Program-made: the position numbers and the translations under genes
NCBI GenBank assembly: GCA_026195255.1
Contig: JAPHSS010000026.1
Coordinates: 15,403-79,402 of the forward strand
DNA: 64,000 nucleotides
Origin: Gammaproteobacteria bacterium
GTDB lineage: Bacteria; Pseudomonadota; Gammaproteobacteria; SZUA-229
Reading direction: 5' to 3'
Part shown: one piece after another, positions 40,233-50,157 of the stretch
How the letters are laid out: every line of letters begins with the position of its first letter
How positions within the stretch are numbered: position 1 is the stretch's first letter
The notes under the pieces: generated by a model
What the model saw: only the letters and a program-made list of their open reading frames with translations
Databases searched by the model: none
Told to the model about the DNA's origin: nothing

Positions 40233-41240
40233 ATGGAACCTGTTTTTATGATTGGTACGCAACGATCTGGTTCAAACCTGCTGAGATTAATGTTAAATCA
40301 ACTTACCGATATTGCTTCACCCCATCCACCGCATATTCTAGAACGCATGATGCCTTTAATGAGTTCTTATGGAAGTCTTGAGAACGACGCCAGTTTCAAA
40401 ATGTTAGTTGATGATGTGTGCAGGCTGGTTGAATTAAACCCGGTTGAGTGGAGTGGTGTTAAGTTTGATAGAGAAAGCATAATTTCGAAGTCTTCAGAAA
40501 GAAGTTTAATGGCTGTTTACCATGCAGTATATGATGCGTATGCTGAAGCCCAGAATGCTAAAACATGGTGCTGTAAGAGTCTGGCTAATATTAAATATAG
40601 AAATGAAATTAAAGATTATTTCAAGCACCCTAAATTTATTTATTTATACCGTGATGGCCGTGATGTCGCTCTGTCATTTCAGAAAGCCGTTGTTGGTGAA
40701 AAGCATATCTATAACATCGCAAAAGACTGGGCTGATACACAAGCCATGGCTTTGAATTTAAAATCATCTGTGGATGAGAAATATTTTCATTCTATTAGTT
40801 ATGAGCAGTTAACGCAGAACCCGGAAGAGTCAGCCAAAGCGCTTTGCAAATTTTTAGGCGCAAAATATGTACCTGAAATGCTTGATTTTCATAAAACAAA
40901 TGAAGCTAAAAATGCTGCCCAGTCGAGTGAGCTGTGGGGTAATGTAACAAGTCCAATTTTGAAAAATAATAGTAAGAAATATAAAAATGAAATGTCTGAA
41001 AAGGATGTTCGAATATTTGAGTCAGTAGCGGGTCCAATGCTTGATTGTTTAGGTTATGAGCGAGATTTTATTCCCATAGGTGAAGAGCAGGTGTTTGCAA
41101 AAGGTGATATTGATAGCTTTAACAAACAGAATAAAAAACAGAAAATAGAAAACATGTCAAAAGTAGATGAAAACGATAAAAAAAGAAGAGAAAGGCAGGC
41201 TAAACTGTTAGAAGAAATAAAATCAAGATCTGCTGCTTAA
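40233..41240 (+). CDS. PAPS-dependent sulfotransferase family protein
   Basis: N-terminal 5'-PSB-loop IGTQRSGSN typical of bacterial sulfotransferases (Stf0/Sulfotransfer_3-like). Confidence 0.7.
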   Translation: MEPVFMIGTQRSGSNLLRLMLNQLTDIASPHPPHILERMMPLMSSYGSLENDASFKMLVDDVCRLVELNPVEWSGVKFDRESIISKSSERSLMAVYHAVYDAYAEAQNAKTWCCKSLANIKYRNEIKDYFKHPKFIYLYRDGRDVALSFQKAVVGEKHIYNIAKDWADTQAMALNLKSSVDEKYFHSISYEQLTQNPEESAKALCKFLGAKYVPEMLDFHKTNEAKNAAQSSELWGNVTSPILKNNSKKYKNEMSEKDVRIFESVAGPMLDCLGYERDFIPIGEEQVFAKGDIDSFNKQNKKQKIENMSKVDENDKKRRERQAKLLEEIKSRSAA

Positions 41241-41277
41241 GTCTACAATGTTTACCGGTTAAACGGGAGAATTAGTA

Positions 41278-42105
41278 ATGTTAAAGATGAATTTTAAACG
41301 GATTTCAGTGTTGTTATTAGTGTTAATTTATCCGCTGGAGGCGCTGTCTGATTATCTGTTTACAGCGCCACCAAGAGAGAGCCCTGAACGGGGCGCTGAA
41401 ATATATAAACCGATTGCTGATTTTCTAACTAAATCTACAGGTGAGCGGTTTATATATAAGCAGCCTTCGAGTTGGGCTGAATATAGTCAGGCTATGCAAA
41501 ATAAAGAATATGACCTGGTTTTTGACGGGCCACATTTTGTTAGCTGGCGAATTGAATATATTCAACATGATGTGCTGGCAAAATTACCTCAGCTGCATAT
41601 ATGGCGCGTTATCGTAAGAGCTGACGCGCCGGGCATTAATAACCTGGATGATTTAGTTGGCAAAAAAGTCTGTGCTCCCAAGTCGCCCAATTTCGGCATG
41701 TTGACGATGATGAGTCATTATACTAACCCGGAAAAAGAACCGATTCATATTATTACAAAGGGCTGGAAAGGCGCGTTTAACGCGGTTGTCGAAGGCAAGT
41801 GTGTTGCAGCCGTGATACCCAAAACAAATCATCGCAAGTTTGACCCGGATCTGAAAAAAACAAAAGCGCTACACACCCATCTGCCCTATCCAAACCAGGC
41901 TTTTACGGCGGGAGCGGGCATAACACCTAACTTGAAATCTAAAATAGCTAAAGAGCTGTTGTCTCCGGAAGGTCAGAGCGCATTATCACACTTACGTGAT
42001 AGGTTTACCCGTGGTGCCTTGTTGGTAAGTGCCGATAATGAAGAGTATGAGGGTATTAGTATGGTCTTAAAAAGAGCTGATAATTTCAGAAGTGCAGCAA
42101 AGTAA
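41278..42105 (+). CDS. orphan PhnD/SsuA-like periplasmic substrate-binding protein
   Basis: Signal peptide; periplasmic-binding-protein-like sequence; no adjacent permease or ATPase. Confidence 0.45.
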   Translation: MLKMNFKRISVLLLVLIYPLEALSDYLFTAPPRESPERGAEIYKPIADFLTKSTGERFIYKQPSSWAEYSQAMQNKEYDLVFDGPHFVSWRIEYIQHDVLAKLPQLHIWRVIVRADAPGINNLDDLVGKKVCAPKSPNFGMLTMMSHYTNPEKEPIHIITKGWKGAFNAVVEGKCVAAVIPKTNHRKFDPDLKKTKALHTHLPYPNQAFTAGAGITPNLKSKIAKELLSPEGQSALSHLRDRFTRGALLVSADNEEYEGISMVLKRADNFRSAAK

Positions 42106-42383
42106 ATACATATTAAAACCCCGTAATTTTCATATGTAACTGATTGTGAGTTAGAGGCCTGATGCGCTGACTCACGATTCATATCATCTTGAGCTAACCC
42201 ATAACAATATTTCTGCTTTGAATTGTGGTTATCTCGTCTCAAGTGTATTAAAAAACCATTAATTACATAATTTCATCGCGTATTCTTAGCCTGTGCCTGT
42301 CACGAGTGTTAAACTCTTCTCAAATTTAATATGCATTACATAGTAGAGGGTAATATGGTCGGGTTTGGCAAACGGATATATTT

Positions 42384-42920
42384 GTGACTGTTCGTATTCT
42401 CGGCATAGACCCCGGCTCGAGGCAAACGGGTTATGGCATCATAGACTCTGATAAAAACCATTCCACGCATATTGATAGTGGTTGTATTTATGTTAAGGGT
42501 GAAACTTTTGCTGATCGTTTAGGGGATATTTTTCAGAAAATAAGCATCATTATTTCTGAATATGAACCAGTCGAACTCTCTATTGAACAGGTTTTTGTGA
42601 ATAAAAATGTCGATTCTGCATTAAAGCTGGGTCAGGCACGGGCGGCAGCCATTTGTGCAGCAGTGAATGCGGGTTTAAAGGTTAGCGAATATACACCAAA
42701 AGCCGTTAAAAGCGCTGTGGTAGGCTCTGGAAATGCCAGCAAAGAGCAAGTACAGCACATGATGTCAATGTTATTGAAGCTGGAAAAAGGCCTTCAGGCG
42801 GATCAGGCAGATGCTTTGGGTATTGCTTTATGCCATGCTCACAACCGGAGTTTGACGGGTAAAATAGCATTGCCGGGGCGTAAGCGCTCATCAACACGCT
42901 GGACATCGGTGCCTAAATAA
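42384..42920 (+). CDS. ruvC: Holliday junction resolvase RuvC
   Basis: GTG start; ILGIDPGSR motif. Confidence 0.9.
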   Translation: MTVRILGIDPGSRQTGYGIIDSDKNHSTHIDSGCIYVKGETFADRLGDIFQKISIIISEYEPVELSIEQVFVNKNVDSALKLGQARAAAICAAVNAGLKVSEYTPKAVKSAVVGSGNASKEQVQHMMSMLLKLEKGLQADQADALGIALCHAHNRSLTGKIALPGRKRSSTRWTSVPK

Positions 42921-42961
42921 TAAGTTATAAATAACATAACTACGAAATATAAAGAAAAAAT

Positions 42962-43570
42962 ATGATTGGCAGAATTCACGGCAAAATAATTGAAAAACAG
43001 CCCCCACAACTATTAATAGATGTGCAGGGTGTGGGTTATGAAATTGACTCACCCATGTCGACTTTTTATCAATTACCAAATCTGGGTGAGTTAGTTACTT
43101 TGCATACCCATATGGTTGTGCGTGAAGATGCGCAATTGCTCTACGGTTTTGCATCCATAGTTGAACGCAGTTTATTTAGAATATTAATAAAAATTAGTGG
43201 TGTGGGGCCTAAACTTGCATTAACCATATTATCAGGCATGAATGCCAATGAGTTTATCGCCTGTGTGCAGGACAATGACGCTGCGGCCTTAGTTCGTTTG
43301 CCCGGTGTTGGTAAAAAAACAGCAGAACGCTTAATTATAGAATTAAGAGATAAGTTAAAAGACCAGCAGGTTGAAGCAAATTCGGCTGCAAACAAGGGAG
43401 TAGAGTCCCAATCTGTTGCCACTTCGTCAGTTTCTGATGCGGTAAGTGCATTAGTTGCATTAGGTTATAAAGGGCCTGAAGCCAGTCGTATGGTACGTCT
43501 GATAGATAGTAATGATCTGGGGACAGAAGAAATAATACGTCTGAGTTTACAGGCTGCGGTGAAGAAATAG
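42962..43570 (+). CDS. ruvA: Holliday junction branch-migration protein RuvA
   Basis: MIGRIHGKI N-terminus; HhH GVG motifs. Confidence 0.9.
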   Translation: MIGRIHGKIIEKQPPQLLIDVQGVGYEIDSPMSTFYQLPNLGELVTLHTHMVVREDAQLLYGFASIVERSLFRILIKISGVGPKLALTILSGMNANEFIACVQDNDAAALVRLPGVGKKTAERLIIELRDKLKDQQVEANSAANKGVESQSVATSSVSDAVSALVALGYKGPEASRMVRLIDSNDLGTEEIIRLSLQAAVKK

Positions 43571-43573
43571 AAA

Positions 43574-44608
43574 ATGAATGAACGCATCATAACAGCAGAG
43601 CTTTCTAATGACGAAGAGGGTATAGATCATGCCATTCGCCCAAAGTTACTAAAAGATTACGCCGGGCAGCCGACCGCATCTGAGCAACTGGATATATTTA
43701 TTCCAGCGGCGCGTAATCGTGCCGAGGCGCTTGATCATTTACTTATATTCGGCCCCCCGGGTCTGGGTAAAACCACACTGGCACATATTGTAGCCAATGA
43801 AATGGGGGTTAATCTCCGACAGACATCGGGTCCTGTGTTAGAAAAGCAGGGAGATCTCGCCGCCCTATTAACTAATCTTGAACCCCATGATGTTTTATTT
43901 ATTGATGAAATTCATCGATTGAGTCCGGTTGTTGAAGAGGTGTTATATCCGGCTATGGAAGATTACCAGCTGGATATTATGATTGGAGAGGGCCCCGCCG
44001 CCAGATCGATAAAATTAGATTTACCGCCTTTCACATTAATTGGTGCAACGACCAGGGCGGGTTCACTGACCTCTCCTTTACGAGATCGGTTTGGCATAGT
44101 TTTACGCCTTGAATTTTATAAAATTAGTGATCTAAGCCGTATTGTGGCGCGTTCTGCGTTAATACTGGGGGTTGAGCTGGACGCTGAAGGTGCTGCTGAA
44201 ATAGCCCGAAGAGCACGTGGCACTCCAAGAATAGCCAACCGCCTGTTACGCAGGGTTCGTGATTATGCTGAAATTAAAGCAGATGGAAAAATAGATAAAA
44301 ATGTCGCATCAAAAGCACTGGATATGCTGAAAGTTGATTCCTATGGTTTTGATAATATGGATCGAAATTTACTCACCACTATCATTGATAAGTTTTCTGG
44401 CGGACCAGTCGGTGTTGAAAATCTGGCTGCGGCAATTGGTGAAGAGCGTGATACGATTGAGGATGTAATAGAGCCCTATCTAATACAGCAGGGTTTTTTG
44501 ATGAGAACACCCCGTGGCAGGGTGGCTACACCGAATGCTTATCGGCATTTAGGTTTAAGGCCGCCAGCCAGTTCAGTTGAATTATTCGTTGATGATGAAA
44601 CTATTTAG
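43574..44608 (+). CDS. ruvB: Holliday junction ATP-dependent DNA helicase RuvB
   Basis: Walker [10 protein letters not shown]; AAA+ fold. Confidence 0.95.
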   Translation: MNERIITAELSNDEEGIDHAIRPKLLKDYAGQPTASEQLDIFIPAARNRAEALDHLLIFGPPGLGKTTLAHIVANEMGVNLRQTSGPVLEKQGDLAALLTNLEPHDVLFIDEIHRLSPVVEEVLYPAMEDYQLDIMIGEGPAARSIKLDLPPFTLIGATTRAGSLTSPLRDRFGIVLRLEFYKISDLSRIVARSALILGVELDAEGAAEIARRARGTPRIANRLLRRVRDYAEIKADGKIDKNVASKALDMLKVDSYGFDNMDRNLLTTIIDKFSGGPVGVENLAAAIGEERDTIEDVIEPYLIQQGFLMRTPRGRVATPNAYRHLGLRPPASSVELFVDDETI

Positions 44609-44714
44609 AGAAAGATTTAACCCCCTTTTTTATGTTGTGACGTTTATATGAAATAATCTACCTGGGTCACAACAGAGAAAGATAAAATTATTAAAATGAG
44701 CAAACACTTTCAAA

Positions 44715-45134
44715 GTGGAAACAAAAATGAACTTTAACTGGCCGGTACGCGTCTATTACGAGGATACGGATTCCGGTGGTGTTGTATATTACGCTAATTA
44801 TTTAAAGTTTATGGAAAGGGCGAGAACAGAGTTTTTACGTCATCTCGGATTTGAGCAGGATCAATTGATTAAACAGCTAAATATTATTTTCGCAGTGCGC
44901 ACTGTACACTGCGATTATATGAGCCCTGCAATTTTTAACGATGACTTAACCGTAACCGCAGATTTAGTAGAGCTTAAAAAAGCCAGTATGTTATTTGAGC
45001 AAAAAATAGTTAGAAAAAATCAACAGGATAAAATTCTTTGTCAGGGGAAAATACGTATTGCCTGTCTAAAAGCAGATACATTTAAACCCTGCGCTATACC
45101 CAAATCAATAATGGAGGTCGCAAGTGTCGACTGA
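44715..45134 (+). CDS. ybgC: Tol-Pal-associated acyl-CoA thioesterase YbgC
   Basis: Hotdog-fold motif YYEDTDSGGVVY; position before tolQ. Confidence 0.8.
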   Translation: METKMNFNWPVRVYYEDTDSGGVVYYANYLKFMERARTEFLRHLGFEQDQLIKQLNIIFAVRTVHCDYMSPAIFNDDLTVTADLVELKKASMLFEQKIVRKNQQDKILCQGKIRIACLKADTFKPCAIPKSIMEVASVD

Positions 45135-45867
45135 TTTATCTCTTATTACACTTGTCCTGGAAGCCAGTTTACTGGTGCAGTTTGTGATGCTGGTATTGCT
45201 GGCAGCTTCGGTTATATCCTGGTTTGTTATATTTCAGAAAAATAAATTATTAAAATCAGTCTCAAAAGATGCCAAGCGGTTTGAAGATGAGTTTTGGTCA
45301 GGAGGCGATTTAAGCGAATTATATACCCAGCTAAGCCGTCGAAGGATAGAACGTGAAGGCATGGAAAAGGTTTTTGAAACCGGCTTTGCCGAGTTTGCAC
45401 GAGCTTACAAAACAACAACCGACCCTGCATTTATGATGGCAAGTATTCAGCGTAGTATGAAAGTTGTACTGTCACGTGAAGAAGAAAAACTGGAGTCTAA
45501 TTTATCATTGTTAGCGACTATTGGTTCAACCAGCCCCTATGTAGGTTTGTTTGGAACGGTATGGGGAATTATGAATTCGTTTACCGCATTAGGCGCTGTG
45601 CAGAATGCGTCTTTAAATATGGTGGCACCGGGCATCGCCGAGGCATTAATAGCCACAGCGATGGGTTTGTTTGCCGCGATACCTGCTGTGGTTGCCTATA
45701 ATCGATATTCAGATCAGGTTGAGAGACTGGTTGTTCGTTATGAAAACTTTATGGAAGAGTTTACGACGGTTTTACAGCGCCAGTCGCAAAGAAAACCTAA
45801 ACCACCTAAAAGCAATGACAATGTAGAAACAGCAAATCAACAGGCTGATACGGCAGAGGCAGAATAA
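45124..45867 (+). CDS. tolQ: Tol-Pal system protein TolQ
   Basis: MotA/TolQ/ExbB-family sequence; GTG start overlapping the ybgC end. Confidence 0.9.
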   Translation: MSTDLSLITLVLEASLLVQFVMLVLLAASVISWFVIFQKNKLLKSVSKDAKRFEDEFWSGGDLSELYTQLSRRRIEREGMEKVFETGFAEFARAYKTTTDPAFMMASIQRSMKVVLSREEEKLESNLSLLATIGSTSPYVGLFGTVWGIMNSFTALGAVQNASLNMVAPGIAEALIATAMGLFAAIPAVVAYNRYSDQVERLVVRYENFMEEFTTVLQRQSQRKPKPPKSNDNVETANQQADTAEAE

Positions 45868-45869
45868 GT

Positions 45870-46289
45870 ATGGGCTCTAAGAAAAGGCGCCCGATGTCGG
45901 AAATTAATGTGGTGCCCTATATTGATGTGATGCTGGTGTTGCTTGTTATTTTTATGATAACCGCGCCTATTGTTCAGCAAGGGGTAGAGATTGATCTACC
46001 TCAGGCAGCAGCAAAAACGATGTCACCGGATGAGTCAGAGCCTGTTGTTGTTTCGGTAGACAGAAAAGGTGATTTTTACCTTGATATAGGTGATGAGCCT
46101 GATAAACCTATTGATGCTATGTTAATGGTTAACCGAGTTGCTGCTGTACGACAGCTTAAGCCTGATATACCAGTGTTAGTAAGGGGTGATCGTAATGTAG
46201 GTTATGGAAAAGTGATTGATGCCATGGTGTTACTGCAAAAAGCCGGTGTTGAAAAAGTGGGATTAATGACAGATCAGCCGGATAACTAA
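45870..46289 (+). CDS. tolR: Tol-Pal system protein TolR
   Basis: 139 aa, ExbD/TolR family. Confidence 0.85.
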   Translation: MGSKKRRPMSEINVVPYIDVMLVLLVIFMITAPIVQQGVEIDLPQAAAKTMSPDESEPVVVSVDRKGDFYLDIGDEPDKPIDAMLMVNRVAAVRQLKPDIPVLVRGDRNVGYGKVIDAMVLLQKAGVEKVGLMTDQPDN

Positions 46290-46290
46290 T

Positions 46291-47187
46291 ATGCATAACA
46301 GCATATTTTCACAGATTAAAAACCATCCTTTTATATTTGCTCTGGCATTAGGCCTGCATGTGTTGCTGGTTGTTATACTCACCTTTAGCATGAGTCATAC
46401 TACTGCGCCGAAAATGCCAGCAGCTAAGAAAGTAGATACAGTCAAAGCTGTTATTATTGATGCAAGTATTGTTGAAAAAGAAAAACAAAAACTAATACGC
46501 GCAGAGGAAAGCAAAAAAAATAAACAGCTAGCACAGAAAAATAAATTAGATCGTGAAGCAAAAAAAGCACGCGATAAACGTAAAAAAGAAGAAAAGCGCC
46601 TGGCTAACTTAAAAGCGGAAGAAAAAAAGCGTAAACAAAAGCTGGCGTTAAAAGAAAAAGCTGAACGTGAAAAGAAAAACAAAGAACTGGAAAAGCTCAA
46701 GCAGGAACAGAAAGAGTTAGAGCAAAAGCGTAGAGATGAACAGCAAAAACTGGCGGCTATCGAAGAAAAACGTAAAGCTGAAGAAATTGCTGTGCGTAAG
46801 AAAAAAGAAGCTGCAGAAGCAGAGCTAAGACGTAAAGCCCAGGAGGCCGAAATGCGTCAGCAAATGCTTGAGGAAGAGCGGCGTCTTGCAAAAAGAAGTG
46901 CAGAGAACCAGAAATTGTTAAGTCAGTATATTTATCAGATACAGAAGAAAGTAGAAATGAACTGGAATGCACCTGCGAGCATGACGGCTGGCTGGTCATG
47001 TGAAATAATGGTCGAGCAAAATCGTTTTGGTGAAGTTCTAAATGTACGTATCAAACAATGCTCTGGTAGTGAAGCTTTTAAAAGCACGGTTGAACGTGCC
47101 GTACGAAAAGCATCGCCATTGCCAGAGGCGCCTAATAATGATGTCTTTGAGAAGAAACTGAATTTTATTTTCAGGCCTGATGTATGA
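46291..47187 (+). CDS. tolA: Tol-Pal system protein TolA
   Basis: N-terminal TM, Lys/Glu/Ala-rich helical domain, C-terminal TolA domain. Confidence 0.8.
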   Translation: MHNSIFSQIKNHPFIFALALGLHVLLVVILTFSMSHTTAPKMPAAKKVDTVKAVIIDASIVEKEKQKLIRAEESKKNKQLAQKNKLDREAKKARDKRKKEEKRLANLKAEEKKRKQKLALKEKAEREKKNKELEKLKQEQKELEQKRRDEQQKLAAIEEKRKAEEIAVRKKKEAAEAELRRKAQEAEMRQQMLEEERRLAKRSAENQKLLSQYIYQIQKKVEMNWNAPASMTAGWSCEIMVEQNRFGEVLNVRIKQCSGSEAFKSTVERAVRKASPLPEAPNNDVFEKKLNFIFRPDV

Positions 47188-48482
47188 AAAAAATACTTAT
47201 TAAATTATCCATGATGTTCCTGCTTTTTACACTTTTTAATGCTCAAGCGGCATTACGTGTGGAAATTACCAAGGGCGCCGACGGCGCAGTTCCAGTTGCA
47301 GTGGTTCCATTTGAGCTTATTGGGCAGGCCGCTGGCCTGACTAATGTTTCAGATATTGTGGCCGCAGATTTGAAACGAAGTGGTAAATTTTCACCCATTG
47401 AAAAGAGCAAATTAATCGCCTATCCAAAGGACCTTGAAGAGGTTAATTATAAGTTATGGAGAGTGGCTGGAATTGATCATCTGGTGATTGGAAAATTAAA
47501 TGTCATTAAACCAGGTCAGTATGAAATTAGTTTCCGCCTGGTTGATGTTTTTAAAGGGGTGCAGGTTTTAGGTTATCAGTTCGCTGCAAACGACCATAGC
47601 TTACGAAGTATCAGTCACCATATTAGTGACCTGATTTATGAAAAAATAACCGGTCAAAAAGGCGCTTTTGATACAAAAATTGCCTATGTAACCGCTGAGC
47701 GTAAACAGGGCATGCAGCCTTCATATAAATTGCAGGTGGCGGATACAGATGGTTTCAACTCACAGACTGTCTTAAATTCTACACAGCCAATTATGTCGCC
47801 TTCATGGTCACCAGATGGTAATAAGCTGGCGTATGTTAGTTTTGAAAAGCGTAAATCTGAAATATATGTACAAAACCTGTTTAGTCAGAAACGAGAAAAA
47901 GTCAGCACATTCAAAGGTATTAATGGTGCACCAGTGTGGTCTCCAGATGGTAAAAAGTTAGCCTTAACTTTATCTAAAGGTGGCAACCCTGACATTTATA
48001 TTTTAACGTTAGAAACAAAAAAATTAAAACAAATAACCAAACACTGGGGTATAGATACGGAGCCAGCCTGGACGCCCGATGGCAGTGAGGTTGTTTTTAC
48101 CTCCAGCCGTAGTGGAAAACCACAGATTTACAGAGTACCTGCCAAAGGTGGTTTGGCAAAACGTATTACTTTTGATGGAAAGTATAATGCCAGCCCTGAA
48201 GTATCGAGTGACGGGCGTACATTAATATATGTTCAGGGAGAAGGAAATATCTTCAAAATCTCAAGTATGGATTTACAGTCAGGTTTTGTGCAGGTCTTAA
48301 CCGATGGTCCATTGGATGAATCACCCAGCTTTGCACCGAATGGCAGCATGATATTATATGCTTCAACTGATAAGTTTAAGGGTGTGTTAGCTGCGGTTTC
48401 AACGGATGGTCGATTTAAACAAAAGTTAGTATTGTCTGAAGGTGACGTGCGAGAGCCAACCTGGGGTCCGTTCAGGAAATAA
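47184..48482 (+). CDS. tolB: Tol-Pal system beta-propeller protein TolB
   Basis: ATGA overlap with tolA; WD-like repeated SPDG motifs. Confidence 0.9.
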   Translation: MKKILIKLSMMFLLFTLFNAQAALRVEITKGADGAVPVAVVPFELIGQAAGLTNVSDIVAADLKRSGKFSPIEKSKLIAYPKDLEEVNYKLWRVAGIDHLVIGKLNVIKPGQYEISFRLVDVFKGVQVLGYQFAANDHSLRSISHHISDLIYEKITGQKGAFDTKIAYVTAERKQGMQPSYKLQVADTDGFNSQTVLNSTQPIMSPSWSPDGNKLAYVSFEKRKSEIYVQNLFSQKREKVSTFKGINGAPVWSPDGKKLALTLSKGGNPDIYILTLETKKLKQITKHWGIDTEPAWTPDGSEVVFTSSRSGKPQIYRVPAKGGLAKRITFDGKYNASPEVSSDGRTLIYVQGEGNIFKISSMDLQSGFVQVLTDGPLDESPSFAPNGSMILYASTDKFKGVLAAVSTDGRFKQKLVLSEGDVREPTWGPFRK

Positions 48483-48520
48483 CAGTTTTAAGAATGATGA
48501 ATTTAATTCAAGGGGAAATA

Positions 48521-49093
48521 ATGAAATTTACTAAATTAGTTTCAGCTCTAATGTTGTCGGGTTTATTAGCCGCCTGTTCACCGGATAACGTAAAAGATAA
48601 TCAGGCGGGCATGGATGATAATCAGCAGGATTCAAGTCAAACAGCTGATGGCGCACAAACAAGCGGCATAGATGGCGGGGGCACTGAAGGTGGCACGGCA
48701 TTAAATGGCGCTACCGTGTCTTATGATAAAGCGGCTATTAATGATGCGGGTAATGTGCTCGCTGAGAAAGTGGTTTATTTTGAATATGATAGTGATCAAA
48801 TTAGTCAGGATTATCAGGAGCTGATCGCCCATCACGGAAAATACCTTGCTGCGAATTCAGATATGAGCGTGCGCCTGGAAGGTCATGCTGATGAAAGAGG
48901 CAGTCGTGAATACAATGTTGCACTCGCTAATCGCCGTGCCCTGTCAGTTCGTAGACTTATATTGTTTCAAGGTGTAAATGCTGATCAGGTAAGCGTCATA
49001 AGTTACGGTGAAGAAAAACCTGTGGCACTTGGTCATGATGATGAGTCGTGGCGTTTAAATAGACGAGTAGAACTCGTATACGAAGCACGTTAA
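48521..49093 (+). CDS. pal: Peptidoglycan-associated lipoprotein Pal
   Basis: ATG at 48521 with AAGGGGA RBS; lipobox LLAAC; OmpA-like C-terminus NRRVEL. Confidence 0.9.
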   Translation: MKFTKLVSALMLSGLLAACSPDNVKDNQAGMDDNQQDSSQTADGAQTSGIDGGGTEGGTALNGATVSYDKAAINDAGNVLAEKVVYFEYDSDQISQDYQELIAHHGKYLAANSDMSVRLEGHADERGSREYNVALANRRALSVRRLILFQGVNADQVSVISYGEEKPVALGHDDESWRLNRRVELVYEAR

Positions 49094-49238
49094 TATACGG
49101 CTTATTATTTTAAGGTATTGTGGATTAAGTTGTCTGAAGATTTCGTTTGAGCGTATTGTTTTAGGCGGAATTTTCAGTTTATAAGACGAATCTGTAATTG
49201 TTTACCTTATTCAGTTTAACCTGCTAACAGGCGAAATT

Positions 49239-50060
49239 ATGTTATCAAAAACTGCCCGTTTTTTTGTAAAACCCGTATCACTTTCGTTATTGTTGATTTC
49301 ATTCAGTCCGCTAGTAATAGCTAACAACCTGAGTGTAGAGCAACGTCTGGGACGTCTGGAAAATCTGCTGCAGAATCAGATTTTGGTAGAGCAAACTCAG
49401 CGTATGGAGCAAATTCAGCAAGAATTAACCGAGATACGTGCCTTAGTTGAAAGTCAGGAACATCAGTTAGGCCTGATTAAACAGCGTCAGCGAAACCTTT
49501 ATCAGGATATGGATCGCCGTCTGAATGACCTGGAAATTAAGGGAGGAGGGCAATCGTCATCTTCCACTTCTGGTCAATCTTCTGCAGCGCTCGCCGGGCC
49601 ATCTTCTTCAGTGCCACCACCTGGTGCAGCCGGGGTAGCTACTGTAGCGGTTGCAGCGCCTGTCTCAGGTGATAAAAACGGTAAATCGGTATATGCCCAG
49701 GCTTTTAATACATTAAAGGAAGGTAAATATCAGCAGGCTATACTGGAATTTAATAATTTTCAGCAAAGTTACCCGGAAAGTGTCTATGGTGCTAATGCGC
49801 AATACTGGTTAGGAGAAGCTTATTCTGTTTCACGTGATTATAAAACAGCCCTTAACGAGTTTCAGAAAGTTGTAAACCAGTATCCGCAAAGTAATAAAGT
49901 TGAAGGTGCGATGCTGAAAATAGGTTATACCTACTATGAAATGGGTGACTGGGCATCGGCTAAAAGTGCTTTAGAGGCTGTGACAGTTAAGTTTCCTGGT
50001 ACTACAGTAGCTCGTAAAGCAAAAGAACGTTTACAGCGGATGAAACGTGAAGGTCATTAA
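49239..50060 (+). CDS. cpoB: Cell-division coordinator CpoB (YbgF)
   Basis: Signal peptide, coiled-coil, C-terminal TPR repeats; position after pal. Confidence 0.8.
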   Translation: MLSKTARFFVKPVSLSLLLISFSPLVIANNLSVEQRLGRLENLLQNQILVEQTQRMEQIQQELTEIRALVESQEHQLGLIKQRQRNLYQDMDRRLNDLEIKGGGQSSSSTSGQSSAALAGPSSSVPPPGAAGVATVAVAAPVSGDKNGKSVYAQAFNTLKEGKYQQAILEFNNFQQSYPESVYGANAQYWLGEAYSVSRDYKTALNEFQKVVNQYPQSNKVEGAMLKIGYTYYEMGDWASAKSALEAVTVKFPGTTVARKAKERLQRMKREGH

Positions 50061-50157
50061 TTACCGACCAGCTAATAACAATACTTTTTCTGATGTTTGT
50101 TTATTATGCTCTGAGAGTATGCTATCTGCAGATTTTTTAAGTTAAGGGTCAGTCGCA

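Noticed and set aside
42106-42383. Looked for a LexA/SOS box (CTGT-N8-ACAG) upstream of ruvC/ruvA
   Set aside because: No convincing match. Only an imperfect 34-bp palindrome (GATTGTGAGT...ACTCACGATT) was found, which more likely terminates the upstream PhnD-like gene.
24678-42383. Mobile genomic island hallmarks (integrase, IS, tRNA-flanking direct repeats) at the borders of the accessory segment
   Set aside because: No recombinase-like ORF and no terminal repeats were found. The tRNA-Lys lies 10 kb away at the far end of the tol-pal block. The segment is treated as an ancient accessory region, not a mobile element.
46395-46700. Antisense 101-aa ORF within tolA (also 46757-46999)
   Set aside because: Produced by the Lys/Glu/Ala-rich repetitive tolA sequence. 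It has no independent signals.
50061-50157. Possible preQ1 riboswitch ahead of queE-queC
   Set aside because: No recognisable preQ1-I/II consensus hairpin. Proteobacterial queE/queC are generally not riboswitch-controlled.
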